Shown here: positions 37,501 to 48,022 of the stretch, one piece after another
Layout: the number at the start of each line of letters is the position of its first letter
Numbering within the stretch: the stretch's first letter is position 1
From: Acanthaster planci
Lineage: Eukaryota
Length of the DNA: 64,000 nt
Reading direction: 5' to 3'
Assembly (NCBI RefSeq): GCF_001949145.1
Contig: NW_019091356.1
Coordinates: forward strand, 2,736,932 to 2,800,931
The notes under the pieces: model-generated
The model's input: the letters and a program-made list of their open reading frames with translations, nothing else
Told to the model about the DNA's origin: nothing
Databases searched by the model: none
Program-made: the position numbers and the translations under genes

Positions 37501-40500
37501 TTTTCTGCTGGAGGGTTCATGATTCCCTGTGACTAATTCTTTGCCCGTCCTTTTAGTCAAGCACTGATTCCTGATTGCCGGTTCCTGTTGAACTTTGTGA
37601 GTGTTTGTTGTTGGAAATTGTGACTTGTTATCTGTTTTTGCCCAAAGCAAAATTTGTTTGAACTTGCCCGATAGAAGTGTGTCAAGCAGGGCCTCCCAAA
37701 ATCCGCCTGGCACGCTGGGAAGAATGCTATTTCTAAATGCAAACCACCCCCCTGGATGATTCCGGCTATCCAGGAAGCTCCTGTAAAGCCCTTGCTTCCT
37801 TTGCTAATAACTGACTGGAGAATGAATAAATTCCGTTGGGACAGGATGCTTTGTCCATCACTTAGATACTCCAGGAAAAAGCCTTCTTGTTTGCTAGCTA
37901 GATTGGCGTAGCAAGCTAGATGACCTTCAGATGAGTATCAATGAGTTGCAGAGGACCAGTTTAAAGAGCTGTCCGTAAACATACAGGCATACTTAGCATA
38001 CAAAATCCTGCCTAGTGAAAACAGTTTACCAGCTAACAATTATAAAGCAATGCCTCTTTTTAACTGGTTCACCGATATTTGCAGTATTTCCTGCTTAACT
38101 GTTCCATGAACAATTTCTTCTCATTTGTTGATTTTTGAAATTTTTGTTTCATTAGCTGGTCTGATGGTAGCCCTGTCGACTTTGATTACTGGGCTGGTGG
38201 TGAACCCAATGACTACAATGGCGAAGAACAGTGTGCCGAACTGTACAGAGGAGGTCAGTCACCTTTTGTATCACACCTTATCACATGCCACAGGACTTAT
38301 TGCTAAGAAGTTCCCTACGTCATTTTTAGATGAATCTATTTACCGCATTAAAAAATTTTCAGGCAGGACCACTTTAGAATCCATCCCAGTTCTCTGGAAG
38401 GAATGAGCATGTGGTACAGTGGCATGGTTAGGGTCAACTCTCTGAGGGAGGCCCGGGGATGCACACATTTCTTTCAAAGGGCACTAAAAGTAAATTTGCT
38501 GTGGCTTTTACAAAGGTTGTATACGTTTCAACAATTTCAAATGAGGTGGGGGCACCTGGGGGCGGAGATTTCTGCTGGGGGGGGGAGCACTAGTGTCCTG
38601 CATGCCCCTCCGTAATTGTGCCATTTTGGTTATGTCAACTTGACCAGGAGATATCAGATGGCCAGTTTCCATGCCTCAGTTGCTGTGTCCTCCAGGAGCT
38701 TGGAAGGAAAAGGAATTCCACAAGCTTGCTCGGGTTGGACCCAAACCTATGACCTCATGTTTTCTGGTGCAGATGTCTTACTGTATTCATTGGGCTTACC
38801 GGCATCAGTTGGCTAGTGCAAATCAAAAAGAGCAGCCTGTACCTGAGATGACCAGTTTGAATGAGCCGGTTCGGTGTTCCAACAGTGCATGCTCAGTACG
38901 AGGCTATTTGAGAACAGCTACACGCGCACGCAATAGTCTGTCCTCTCAGCACAGCCATAGGCTGACTCATGTGTGCTTTGTTCCCCGAAAAACCTTGGCT
39001 TTTTGAAATTCTAAACTGGCTCCATTGAACATTGAAGAAAATCAGGCAAAACTTCAAACAAAAAAATTGCTCTAGATTTCATTGTACTGTTAGGAAGACA
39101 GGTGGCATAAAGGAATAAGGCAGGTGAATTAAGCCACACCCCTGTTTTTATAATAAGCCCTGGCAGCATGGAAGTCATCAATTAAAAGAATGCAAGAATG
39201 AAGTGACCATTGCAAACAATTACAAAATGGTGAATTACCCAATCAGGGAACACATGTGTGAGTGCTTTATCTAATCATAGCACCAATTACATGTGATAAA
39301 CACGCCCAATAAAGTTTTAATGATGACTTCCTTTTTCAAAAGGACAGGTGGATTTTATAGTCCCAGTGGTGTTGTGAGGCAAGATGTCAGGGATGCTTTG
39401 GTGAAGAAATTGTAACTCATTTGAAAAATTTTTATAGCCTTTTTAAGGCTTTTAAGACGATAAAAAGATTGCCGTAAAAAGCATTGTTTCATGAAGTCAA
39501 AAATGCAGTTATAAGAAAACAAAATGAAAAATGAACCGTTTTGTGGCGGTTTGAGATGCATCCGAATTTTGATTGCTCGTAATCAAATTAAAAATTTGGC
39601 GTGACATTTCTGATCCCCACGCTAGATGGCCGATGGAACGACAACAACTGTGGCATCGACCGGAACTTCATCTGCAGGAAGCATGTCAATTCTGTCACCC
39701 CTGTCACCAAGCCCACCACGCCGGCGCCCATGGGCAACTGCCCGCTGGGCGCCGTCAAGTTTGACAGCCGCTGCTACAGCTTCGTGGGCAAGGACGAGGC
39801 GGACCGAAAGAGTTGGGAGGATGCCAGGGAGGCGTGTGAGGCGGCGACGGGAAGCCGTCTGGCCATCATCCACTCTGCACCGCTGCAGTGTGAGTACATG
39901 GTGGCAACTCAAATGTATCTTCAATTTCCAGAGTTCCATTATCTGCCCTGAGTTAAGGTGCACCCTCACTGGCAAAAGGAGAAGCAGGTGGATGGGAAGT
40001 TGTTTAACTGAGCTCACGCATGTGTCCAGCACAAGGCCAAAGACCATACTTAAATTGATTGTCTGTACTCAGCATGCTCGCTGAGTTAGAAAAAAAACTT
40101 AAACTATTTGTTTTTACTTTCTCACCACTAAAAAACTGGGATATGATTAAATGGCTCATTCCAGACCAAAAATTAGGGATTATTCCCCATCCCTCTTGGG
40201 ATTTACACCCCTGCTCCTATTTTACAATGATATATTAGCCCCACCCACATTTCACTGCCTCTAAAAAGTTGCTTGTATCTTAGAGTTAACAGCTTCTGTA
40301 CTTTCAATAATGGTCTATATCTACTGAAGTCAATTCATCAACATTTAATTTTTTGTAGCCACACTAAGTTAAAAGGCTCCTTTGGAATTGTTCAGTTTTT
40401 ATTGACCAGATTGGTTTGTTCATTTACACTGTTGGATCAGATGAGCATTACTGAGATGTTCTGGGTTTATATACCTCATCATAATTTTCACACAGAGGTT

Positions 40501-43500
40501 AACCTGTGTAGTAGCGAATTCCTTGTTCTGAAACCTTTATAAGGGCCTTCTCCACGTGGCTGAACTAAAGCTTCCCCAATCCTCTGAAATCTCTGAGTGG
40601 GGTTTGGAGGATTTCGGAGGCTTAGAGTCAATTATTTGTTCAACACCATCACTCTAACAGCATTTCTGACCACCAAGCTGAGGGGCCTGGACTACCGTAT
40701 GTGGATTGGGCTGAGCGACATCACCAGCAACGCCCGCTTCCAGTGGATTGATGGCACGGCGGTGGACTACACCAACTGGAACGCCGGAGAACCCAACGAG
40801 GCCGGAGGCGAGGTTAGTGTACGCTCACGGTGACCAGGGTTGTAGTCAAGCCCCATCGTAAATTCCTTCATAAGTCTCATCACAAGTCCTTTCACGCAAC
40901 CAGTCATAGGTAACGGGGTGAATAGGGACAGATGAGATTGTTTTTGTCACAGTTGATTTAAGCTTGTGATTTAATGTGCAGCTGCATGGCTTATGATGGA
41001 CTTGCAGGGACCTTTGGTGGATGTCAACTGCAACACTGATACCAAATGATTTATCACCTTTCTGGTCAACCTACTCAGCTGTAGATACATAGAAGCCATA
41101 ATGCACTGGGCCACTAGCATATGGGGAAGGAATCGCAATGATGCCATATCCAGTGATGTAGTCGAGACCGCTTATAAAGACCTTCACAAGACCACACAAG
41201 ACCAGCACAAGACCAGCACAAGACCAACACAAGACCAGCACAAGACCTCCAGTCTGAATTTAAGTCACAAACCATTCAAATGAACCGCAACAAAAGCATT
41301 CTTTTATCATTGTTCTCACTGTTACTTGTGTCTGGTCTTGTGACTGGTCTTGTGACTGGTCTTGTGACTGGTCTTGTGACTGGTCTTGTGACTGGTCTTG
41401 TGACTGGTGTTGTGTCTGGTCTTGTGACTGGTCTTGTGTGGTCTTGTTAAGGTCTTAAGTGGTCTCGACTACAACATCGGATATGGCATCATTACAAGAC
41501 TGGCCATATCCCCCTTCAAAAATGTACAAAAACAAACTTGCTTTAGAATAGGAGAGTAAAGTATATCTAATCATAATGCGTATCAAGAGCTTTTAAAAGT
41601 CAGCTCTGTTGGTGTCAGTCAAATCATCAATACACTGACTGGAAGTGGAAGTCCCCGCCCAGATAAGTGGGGAGTGACAAAGTCCTCCAGTCAGTTTTTT
41701 CAACAATGTAGGGAGGTGAGGATGCTGTAGAAGAATTGGGCAGTAAGGATTAATTTACTCACTGGGACACTTTTGAATCGGTTTGTCCGGATTTTTCAGT
41801 GGCTTTTGTATCACTTTTGGCCTCTGTGTCATTTGTAGAGCGACGTCTCTACAACTTATAGTAACCATGTGCAGAGAGACGGTGAGATTCTCTTCTCACA
41901 TCCAGTCGTACATTATGGATTTCTTGGTGAACTTTAGTCAGAAATGAATGGACCTCATCAGTGGTGTAATTATAGCGGGGCATGTGGGGGGGGGATCCTT
42001 TCCCCGTGTGCCCCCCCCTTTAAAAATGTTGATACATACTATGTACAAGCCGAAGTTCCTTGAGTTTTGTGCACCCTCTAGAGCCCAGTAAAAAATTCCA
42101 CCCTAGTTACGTCACTGGACCTCACTCATCTTGATGTTCCTTTTTTTTAAACTGTGGTGTGCTGTAGGAAGACTGCGTAGAGATGCTTTACGATGTGAAC
42201 TCAGCCGGGGAGTGGAACGACAACGCCTGCACCAAACTCAATGGCTACATCTGCCAGTCCTACCCTGGTCAGTTTTGTCATTAAAGCCAAATAAAAGTGA
42301 CCCATCATTCCAAAACCATGAAACCACGAAGAATGATGAGCTATCTCCTAGAAAATGATATCAATGCACACATTGTAAATTTCGTGATTTCCATTGCCTG
42401 TCACTATCAAGGCTTTCTGCCGACGTCCAGTCGTAAGCCAACTCACAGCTTGTTCGACTGAACTGTGAAAACAAGCTTTCCTTAATCATTGTTCATCATG
42501 CTACTGGTCACTGGTCTCATGATGGACTCAGATGGACTACAGCCCTTCATACAAAGAAGGGGTTTACAGAGTGGCAGAAGAATCTGAGACAATTGTATTT
42601 GTGTCTCTACTGTCCATCAGATCCAGCTCTGCCGCCATCCCTCACACCGGTCACTGCCTGTCGTGCGGGCTACAGCCAGTACGAGATGGGCTGCTTCAGA
42701 GTTGTCTCCACACCCATGATGTTCAGCGATGCCAACGATGAGTGTCGACGAGACAACGTCTACCTGGCCAGCATCGCCGACCAGTACGAGCAGGCCTATG
42801 TGGAGACACTGCTCCACGAGAATGGCGGTACTCCCGTCTGGATTGGCTTGGTGGACGATAAGGTAGCGGGCTAGATTCTTCTTGCTGTTCAGCTAAAAAA
42901 TTTGCTAATTAGAGAGAATTGTAGCTCAGCAGAAATGAAATATGAATGCCTTTTGGCAGTTTTTGGCGTGGCCCATAAACTTGCTTAACAATATTATTAA
43001 CTTAATTGCTCTCGGAAACTGAACCAGTACTGCTGGTATCTCTTTTATAGAGCTGATTTTCACAGGAGGAGAGAGGTTATCTTTCAAAATGGTAAATCAT
43101 GTATTTTTTGACGTGATTTTTCTTTTTAGAAGCTCCATAAAATTAACCTCCAATATTTTGAATGTCGGGCAATTGCGTGAAAGAATTTTCTAGCATTGCA
43201 GCATTGTCTTTGACTTTGTCTTTATGTATGTGGACTATAGAGGGTTATGCATGGCTGCCATCTGAGAGGCCTGTGCTTTTGTATCGCTGGGTATGCACAA
43301 AGGAGTTTACCCTGTAGACGAAAGGAACTGACCTGCAAGATGGCTACCACGCAAAGCCTCTATTTTTGCACTGTGGCTCCACTAGGAATATTGCCTTCAG
43401 CCATGATAAGTGCACTTCTACAGGTTCACAACACAAAGAATAATCGTGGACAGTATGGAAATGTATCCTCTATTTCATGGTTAGCAACAATGAGTACTTT

Positions 43501-46500
43501 TGATCCCTGTGCTCCCAGGTTGAGGGCGAGTACAGATGGGTAGACAGCTGGCCCGTGTACTTCACCCACTGGGGGCGGAGTGAGCCCAGCCGGGGAGGGG
43601 GTGAGGGATGCGTTGCCATGGAACCCAACGGTAACTGGAACGACACACGGTGCTCCGATATGTATTCCGCTGTGTGCAAGTATTCCTTAGGTGAGTACCG
43701 GCAGGAACGATGACCCAGATTGTGTTTACTGTTTGGCAATTGTACATTAGCATTATGAGGAATGGGGTACTTTACATTATCCATAACTTTGATTTTTGAG
43801 AAATTGTACCAAGTTCTTTTGAACATTCTAGCTGCCAAATACAATCATCACTCAGGAGCAACCATCCTTGGTCTTGTTAGTTGTGGCCCTGAATTTGGGA
43901 GATTTTGAGGGTATCAGTTCAGCTTTGTTGGTTGAGCACTGATTCCAAGTTCTGGTGGTCCAGTGGAGTTCACTTAGTATATATCAATGCACCCAAAATG
44001 CAAGGAGTAATGCCGTGAAGTACAACCTGTTTTCTGCTTTTTGGTGGGGTGTTTTCCTTTACAGAAACCCTCCCTACAGACCACCCTGACACGCCTGGTA
44101 CCTGTCCCGAAAGCTGGTCCCCCTATGGTAGCTATTGCTACTACTTCCAGCCAGCAGACCAGGACTTGGTAGAGTGGCCCATAGCCGACTTCAAATGTAT
44201 CGGCATGGGTGGGCAGCTGGCTTCTATCCACAGCAAACCTGAGAATGAGTTTGTGCGTAGCAATGCCAAGCGGACAGAGTCCATGTGGATCGGGCTGTAC
44301 CGCTCAGATGCAGGTAAGACATTCATTTATGGTTTGAAGTTGGAGCACTGAACCTATTCCTATGAATTTGTTCAAGGCAGAACAAAAAGGAGAAAGGAGA
44401 ATGTTACCATGCTTGCTGGTCGTTTGGATTTCATCCTCATTATGCGCTCACGTGCAGGTGCAGACAATTACAACTGGTTGTGTACATTCGGTTAAAATTG
44501 GTCAAGTGCCGTAGCATAGCGCAGACCATGACAATGTCCATTATCAGCGCTAATGTATGTTGCTTGGTGGCTTATATGCAAAATTCTGTCAGCTGATGTT
44601 ATTTTCTTCTGGTCTGCATCTGAAGGTGGGTTTTCATGGGAGGATGGCACTGGAGTGGACTTTGTGAACTGGGCGCAGGGTGAGCCCTCGTGGCAGTGGG
44701 ACGGGGAGCACGAGAATTGTGTGGAGCTGTACCTGGACCGTGGAGAGTGGAACGACCTAGACTGCAGTAATCTTAAGTCTTACGTCTGCAAGATGCCCAA
44801 AAGTGAGTCCAGCACTGCGTGATTCAAGCATATCTCTTTTTAAGCCTCGCCCCTGTAGGTGTCATGTTGGGCCAGTCCATTCAGATATGCCAGTACCCTC
44901 CATGCAAAGGGTTTTGGATGATGCCAGACTTTAACAGCTAAGGCTTCAGATAGAGTAAACACTAGGCTAACATTTGCTTGAATATCACCAGAAGAGTATT
45001 CCTCAAAGTGTGTTGCTGAATGATGGCGAGGGGGGGGACTTGGCTAACTATTAAAATGGGGAAACTTACTAAACTAAAATGGACCCAAAAAGGATTCCTA
45101 AGGTTTTACCTCAAAATAGTCCAAAAATAAATTGAGCGGGGGTTTAACAGTCTGCAAGGGAAATTCATTAGTTTTCTGAAAGATATGTCTCATTTCCTTT
45201 CCCTCATGTATAAATCTACATACAAATTAAACTCAAAATTATTTTGGGACATTTCCTTAAAGTAAAAAAAAAATCAACATTCAAATTTATCTATATGTCC
45301 TTCGGGAAATTTGTATTGCTGACATAGATTTCTGCTCTTTAAACAAAGTACATATTAACACACTGCAGGATACAGGCATGCATAAACAACAATGAATTAA
45401 TGGTACATGCAGCTTAACCAAACACGGATGTGTAATACATTATAACTTATCCGCTGCTATCATTCTAATTTAATTAATGTAGAATCGAGAGATCTTGAAT
45501 TCGTTCTCATTCATTTGTCTAATGGAGAATGGTACGAAGGAGTTTGCATATCAAGAGGTCCCAGCTTTATTTGATTTCCAGCGTCTTCTGACGAGTGGGT
45601 TATTTTCGGGCAAATTCAGCCCAAGATACTGTGCAATGCGGTACATCGTTTTACTTTATTTTCTTCCCACTTTATTTCACAGTGCCAATCAGTGGCCCCC
45701 CGGGGCAGGTTACCAACACCCCTCCAGCGACACTACCAGGCGGAGTCACCAAGTCACCACAAAGTGAGTCCAAAAGCTGTTGTATCATAACAGTACAACC
45801 TTTTGTGCTTGTAAATGTGTCTAAAGTCAGTCTTGATTTGCACGTAAAGCAAGCTATTATCTAAACGTCTGAGTGACTTTTCCTTTTGAATTTAATAGAT
45901 AATGCTTTGTGTCCACAGCATTGTATCAATGACGCGTTTTTTATTTTTTCCCCCTCAGAATTCTAACTTTTACTCCGAACACTTCATGTCACTTATCTAT
46001 ACTATGTAATCTTTAAAATGACATCTTATGAATATGTTTGGCTCGTTATTCACTTCTTATCCGACTGGCCAGCTGACCTGGCATTCTGGGTGGTCGAGTG
46101 GTAAGACATCTGCTTTAGTAAGCAGGAGATCATGGGGTGGAGTCCTGCCCGAGTAGGGTTGTGAATTTTTCACAAGCCTCTAGACAACACTGAGCATACA
46201 TTTTCTATAAATGTACGCCGGTGAAAGGCAAAACATCCAATATGACGTTATTATCAGTAGTGCATTAACCCTAACCCTTCTCAATCCTTCACCTGTTGGA
46301 GGACTTGAGGAGTGTGAGGGTTAATATTTTGAAAGGCCCGTACCTGAACTGTACAATCACATTATGAAAACCTCCAGTTTTCATTTTTTGCCAACAAAAA
46401 AGTGCCTTTATCTTCTGTTTTTCTCTAGTTATGAAGTCTTTTCCTCAGTCTCAGTACTCTTCGCTTTCTGGTTTTCCCCTCTTGGCAGAATCTAGTGGCG

Positions 46501-46721
46501 TCTCCTCCGGAGCTGTCATCGGCATCATCCTGGGCCTTCTGGTTGTGGTCCTGCTGCTCGTGCTTGGCGCGTTCTTCCTCAGGTCGCGCTCCAACAAGTC
46601 CAAGGCTCCGCCCAGCATCAGCATGGACATTGGCTCGGTGGGCTTTGACAACGCTGCGTACAATGCCAGCACTGGGGAGGTCAAAGTCAGTGACCCTGTG
46701 GCTGTGTCGGCTGAGGCGTAA
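4504..46721 (+). CDS. Gene A: macrophage mannose receptor 1-like type I membrane receptor (15 C-type lectin domains + Methyltransf_FA-like domain + PAN/Apple + TM), 52 coding exons, ~2459 aa
   Basis: Exons (all GT-AG, phases consistent, sum 7380 nt): 4504-4549, 6818-6966, 8669-8787, 9323-9450, 10098-10315, 10865-10950, 11217-11329, 11585-11714, 11843-11925, 12465-12584, 13113-13184, 13805-13837, 14514-14672, 15330-15418, 15949-16099, 17054-17491, 17698-17736, 18241-18414, 18933-19049, 19287-19400, 19565-19801, 20748-20963, 21671-21831, 22337-22447, 23078-23196, 23502-23650, 24156-24370, 24885-25012, 25894-25943, 26241-26411, 26793-26935, 27340-27458, 27616-27749, 28515-28654, 28838-28956, 29117-29247, 30097-30242, 30664-30788, 31047-31180, 34426-34458, 36002-36186, 37055-37122, 38156-38253, 39626-39889, 40661-40812, 42168-42267, 42621-42862, 43519-43690, 44065-44313, 44626-44802, 45683-45763, 46489-46721. 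Repeated CTLD signatures (C-P-x-G-W...C-Y, WIGL, EPN/QPD, WND, FIC). That all exons join in one transcript is inferred. Confidence 0.88.
6818..9450 (+). CDS. Gene A CTLD1 (exons 6818-6966, 8669-8787, 9323-9450)
   Basis: [13 protein letters not shown]...AWIGLTD...FEWIDGTP...APNN...EDCVVL...WNDVSC...ICQRP. Confidence 0.92.
7853..8055. mobile_element. MITE family 1-related copy
   Basis: CAAGTCC subrepeats; core AAAGCATTCTTTTGTCATCGTTC matches ~41293; ends TACAACAC. Confidence 0.6.
8161..8597. mobile_element. TTAA-flanked non-autonomous DNA transposon (Kolobok-like)
   Basis: TTAAAGGCACAGTCC ... GGACTGTATCTTTAA. Confidence 0.5.
8963..9191. mobile_element. hAT-type MITE
   Basis: TIR CATGGGCAGAAA / TTTCTGCCCATG; perfect 8-bp TSD GTGGTCTA at 8955-8962 and 9192-9199. 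Confidence 0.85.
9486..9611. mobile_element. MITE family 2 (~125 bp palindromic)
   Basis: ATAGAGGGTTTGCATGGCTGCCATCTTG...CAACATGGCTACCATACAAAGCCTCT; three copies in the window. Confidence 0.8.
10098..11329 (+). CDS. Gene A CTLD2 (exons 10098-10315, 10865-10950, 11217-11329)
   Basis: CDEANGW...KCHKF...IWIGATD...NWAPGQPDN...NCVGI...FICEK. Confidence 0.92.
11585..13837 (+). CDS. Gene A CTLD3 plus 33-nt linker micro-exon (11585-11714, 11843-11925, 12465-12584, 13113-13184, 13805-13837)
   Basis: [13 protein letters not shown]...VWIGISD...PDCGTI...WSSANC...FVCKIP; lacks EPN/QPD. Confidence 0.9.
14514..16099 (+). CDS. Gene A CTLD4 (14514-14672, 15330-15418, 15949-16099), EPN/WND type
   Basis: [13 protein letters not shown]...LWIGLHD...NWNTGEPND...EDCVHL...WNDQAC...YICKK. 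Confidence 0.93.
14689..14872. mobile_element. MITE-like palindromic element
   Basis: GACGCCATTCCTGGGGGCCATC is inverted to GATGGCCCCGCAGTAATGGCTTC. Confidence 0.55.
15665..15820 (-). mobile_element. tRNA-derived SINE, same family as 46075
   Basis: Reverse strand GAGTGGTTAAGACATCTGCACTAGTAGGCAGGAAGTCACGGGTTTGAATCCC; related remnants near 16460-16560 and 38720-38790. Confidence 0.55.
17054..17491 (+). CDS. Gene A single-exon farnesoic acid O-methyltransferase-like (Methyltransf_FA) domain
   Basis: [14 protein letters not shown]...[16 protein letters not shown]...[15 protein letters not shown]...VGKEG...FMSWTDPSP...YVGYSTGFG matches the family pattern from memory; phase 1-1 exon with CAG acceptor and GTGAGT donor. 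Confidence 0.85.
17698..19400 (+). CDS. Gene A linker exon and CTLD5 (17698-17736, 18241-18414, 18933-19049, 19287-19400), EPN/WND type
   Basis: CGLGWEF...QCYWF...VWIGAND...[19 protein letters not shown]...NCGEL...WNDIEC. Confidence 0.92.
19104..19229. mobile_element. MITE family 2 copy
   Basis: Closely similar to 9486-9611. Confidence 0.8.
19565..19801 (+). CDS. Gene A single-exon PAN/Apple domain
   Basis: [32 protein letters not shown]...DYYQ fits the PAN C-x3-C...C-RSFNY...C-x-LS pattern; phase 1-1 exon. Confidence 0.88.
20748..26411 (+). CDS. Gene A CTLD6-8 (nine exons)
   Basis: [13 protein letters not shown]...EPNN...[19 protein letters not shown]...GQPDD...[19 protein letters not shown]...EPND...WNDQNC. 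Confidence 0.92.
21191..21350. mobile_element. MITE family 1 copy
   Basis: CAGTGTTGTA...ACAAGACCAG...GCTTTTGTTGCAGTTCA...GGTCTCCACTACAAC. Confidence 0.7.
24600..24782 (-). mobile_element. tRNA-derived SINE with CORE-like central region
   Basis: Reverse strand GTGGCCCGATGGTAAGG...GGTTCGAATCCC (A/B boxes), then CCTCGGGAAAGCCACTTTA...CCAGGAATGTTAATGGGTACC. Confidence 0.6.
26793..31180 (+). CDS. Gene A CTLD9-11: three tandem three-exon CTLD modules
   Basis: Each module has phases 1-0-2-1 and intact frames; motifs QPD/WND, APD/WED, APN/WGD. Confidence 0.88.
29570..29983 (+). mobile_element. 5'-truncated L2/Crack-clade LINE, ORF2 C-terminus and tail
   Basis: [38 protein letters not shown]...[18 protein letters not shown]...FQTQLKT is the typical L2-clade ORF2 end; followed by an AAT/TTA-rich tail. 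Confidence 0.85.
33548..33920 (+). CDS. Alternative first coding exon: long signal peptide plus Thr/Ser-rich mucin-like segment, in frame with exon 34426
   Basis: In-frame TGA upstream (33530-33532), strong Kozak aatATGg, hydrophobic [18 protein letters not shown], Thr/Ser/Pro-rich stretch with sequons NTT and NDS, phase-1 donor G|GTAGGA after 33920. Confidence 0.65.
34426..44802 (+). CDS. Gene A linker micro-exon and CTLD12-15
   Basis: [21 protein letters not shown]...EPND...WNDNNC; CPLG...EPNE...WNDNAC; CRAGY...EPS...[19 protein letters not shown]...EPS...WNDLDC. Confidence 0.92.
40835..41038. mobile_element. MITE family 1-related copy
   Basis: CAGGGTTGTAGTCAAG...CAACTGCAACACTG; approximate reverse complement of the 7853 copy. 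Confidence 0.6.
41151..41502. mobile_element. MITE family 1 (CAGTG..GTAGTCGAGACC termini) with internal ACAAGACCAG / CTGGTCTTGTGA inverted tandem arrays
   Basis: Inverted termini, head-to-head 11-12 bp subrepeat arrays, 8-bp TSD GCCATATC (41143-41150, 41503-41510). Confidence 0.8.
41959..42117. mobile_element. hAT-type MITE
   Basis: TIR CAGTGGTGTAA / TTACGTCACTG; 8-bp TSD GACCTCAT / GACCTCAC. Confidence 0.75.
43237..43363. mobile_element. MITE family 2 copy
   Basis: ATAGAGGGTTATGCATGGCTGCCATCT...CAAGATGGCTACCACGCAAAGCCTCTAT. Confidence 0.8.
45683..46721 (+). CDS. Gene A Pro/Thr stalk exon (45683-45763) and last exon (46489-46721) with TM helix and cytoplasmic tail
   Basis: [24 protein letters not shown] followed by basic RSRSNKSK, tail motif GFDNAAY, stop TAA 46719-46721. 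Confidence 0.92.
46075..46245 (+). mobile_element. tRNA-derived SINE, degenerate
   Basis: A-box-like TGGTCGAGTGGTAAGACATCTG, B-box remnant, body shared with the 15665-15820 copy. Confidence 0.55.
46263..46325. repeat. ~62-bp hairpin repeat, second copy at 52194-52256
   Basis: CATTAACCCTAAC...CCTGTTGGAGGAC...GGGTTAAT in both copies. Confidence 0.7.
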
Positions 46722-48016
46722 GCTTCACCATTCCAAAAGTAACACAGGGATTTGAAACTCATGTTATAAATGGTTTCCAAGAGAAATTATACATATATTA
46801 AGCATATGTGGCCTACACGGTGAAAATGAGCTTCAAGTTGCCAAAGCCACTTGTAAGTTTACAGGCATTTAAGACAATTTTGCCCATGGAAATCAGTAGG
46901 AACTCTCAACATCTTCTGCCCACACAATGTCCATTTTGATCAGGATGCCAAAATGAATGATATATCAATACAAAAAGCACGGCTTGCTCCTACTAATGCA
47001 AATTGAAACAAAACTGCCCAAAAAATGGCCTTATGACTCATTTTCACAGAGCTAGTCACATACAGTGAAATTATGAAAGGGCTTTGAGAAGAAAGTCTGG
47101 AGCCATAAAGATTAAAGGCCAAAAGTGCAGATTGTTACACCAGTAGCCAATTTCATGTAGTTCCTAAGCACACGAGTTGCGAAGTTGCTTAGCAACAACA
47201 GGTCACCAGCCAAAATATAAGATGTCTGCTGCTCACCACTGGTTCCCCATAACTGCTGCCTTCTGAGCAAAATTTCATTCCAAAAATTATCCGAAATTGT
47301 CTGAAAAGTTATGGGGTAAAAATCTGCATTTTTTAGAGCCCAGGATAGGCAGTAGCCACTTACTGAAGTGTGCACGCTCAGGTTAAGACACCTGCTGGAG
47401 TGTAAATGGCATCTGGGAATGGCGTCTCATCAGATTTGTCCATAGACGTGCCAGTTTGTCAACGTATTAAGTGACGATAAACAAATGTTGTATTCTTAGA
47501 AGTTTTATAGTTACCAGCTGATTGTTAAAGACATTTTTATATAAGGTTATGAGATAATTGATTGCAGAATTAATGATACCAAAAAATTCAAGTGGACTTT
47601 CATTATTTTTCTCTTTTTTGGCAAAAGCTCTTACATGTTCTCTCAGGCCAAATGTAGTTTCAACAGATATTCAAGTTCCCTTTTAGGAAACTGAAGAATT
47701 CAAACACTGTAAATATTAAGTTTGTAAAATATGATCATTCCAATGGTGTGCCATTGTCTGAAGTGTTTTTTTTTAATTTTTACATTTTTTGCAAATTGTT
47801 TTGGATCATTAATTCATCAAGTGTTTTAGTGTGATAAAAAATGCATTTCTTTGGCTACCTTTCAAGGATACAGTTGACCAGCTGGCTTGTGGAATTTTAA
47901 AATATTTGTATTCAGTGATTTATGGACAAAATTGTAACAAGCCTACAATCTCACCCTTTTTTTATAGTAATTTCAACATGTTATCTTTATTTCTTTTGAT
48001 TTTCTTGTATATTCCT

Positions 48017-48022
48017 AATAAA
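48017..48022 (+). terminator. Candidate polyadenylation signal of gene A
   Basis: AATAAA after ~1.3 kb of AT-rich 3'UTR-like sequence, with T-rich sequence downstream. Confidence 0.45.

Noticed and set aside
39622..40084. Antisense and alternate-frame ORFs over exons (also 17050-17385, 26198-26437, 46451-46780)
   Set aside because: Shadow ORFs caused by GC-rich codon usage in the real exons.
41185..41450. Regular ACAAGACCAGC / CTGGTCTTGTGA arrays resembling CRISPR repeats
   Set aside because: No unique spacers, 11-12 bp period, eukaryotic intron; these are MITE subterminal repeats.
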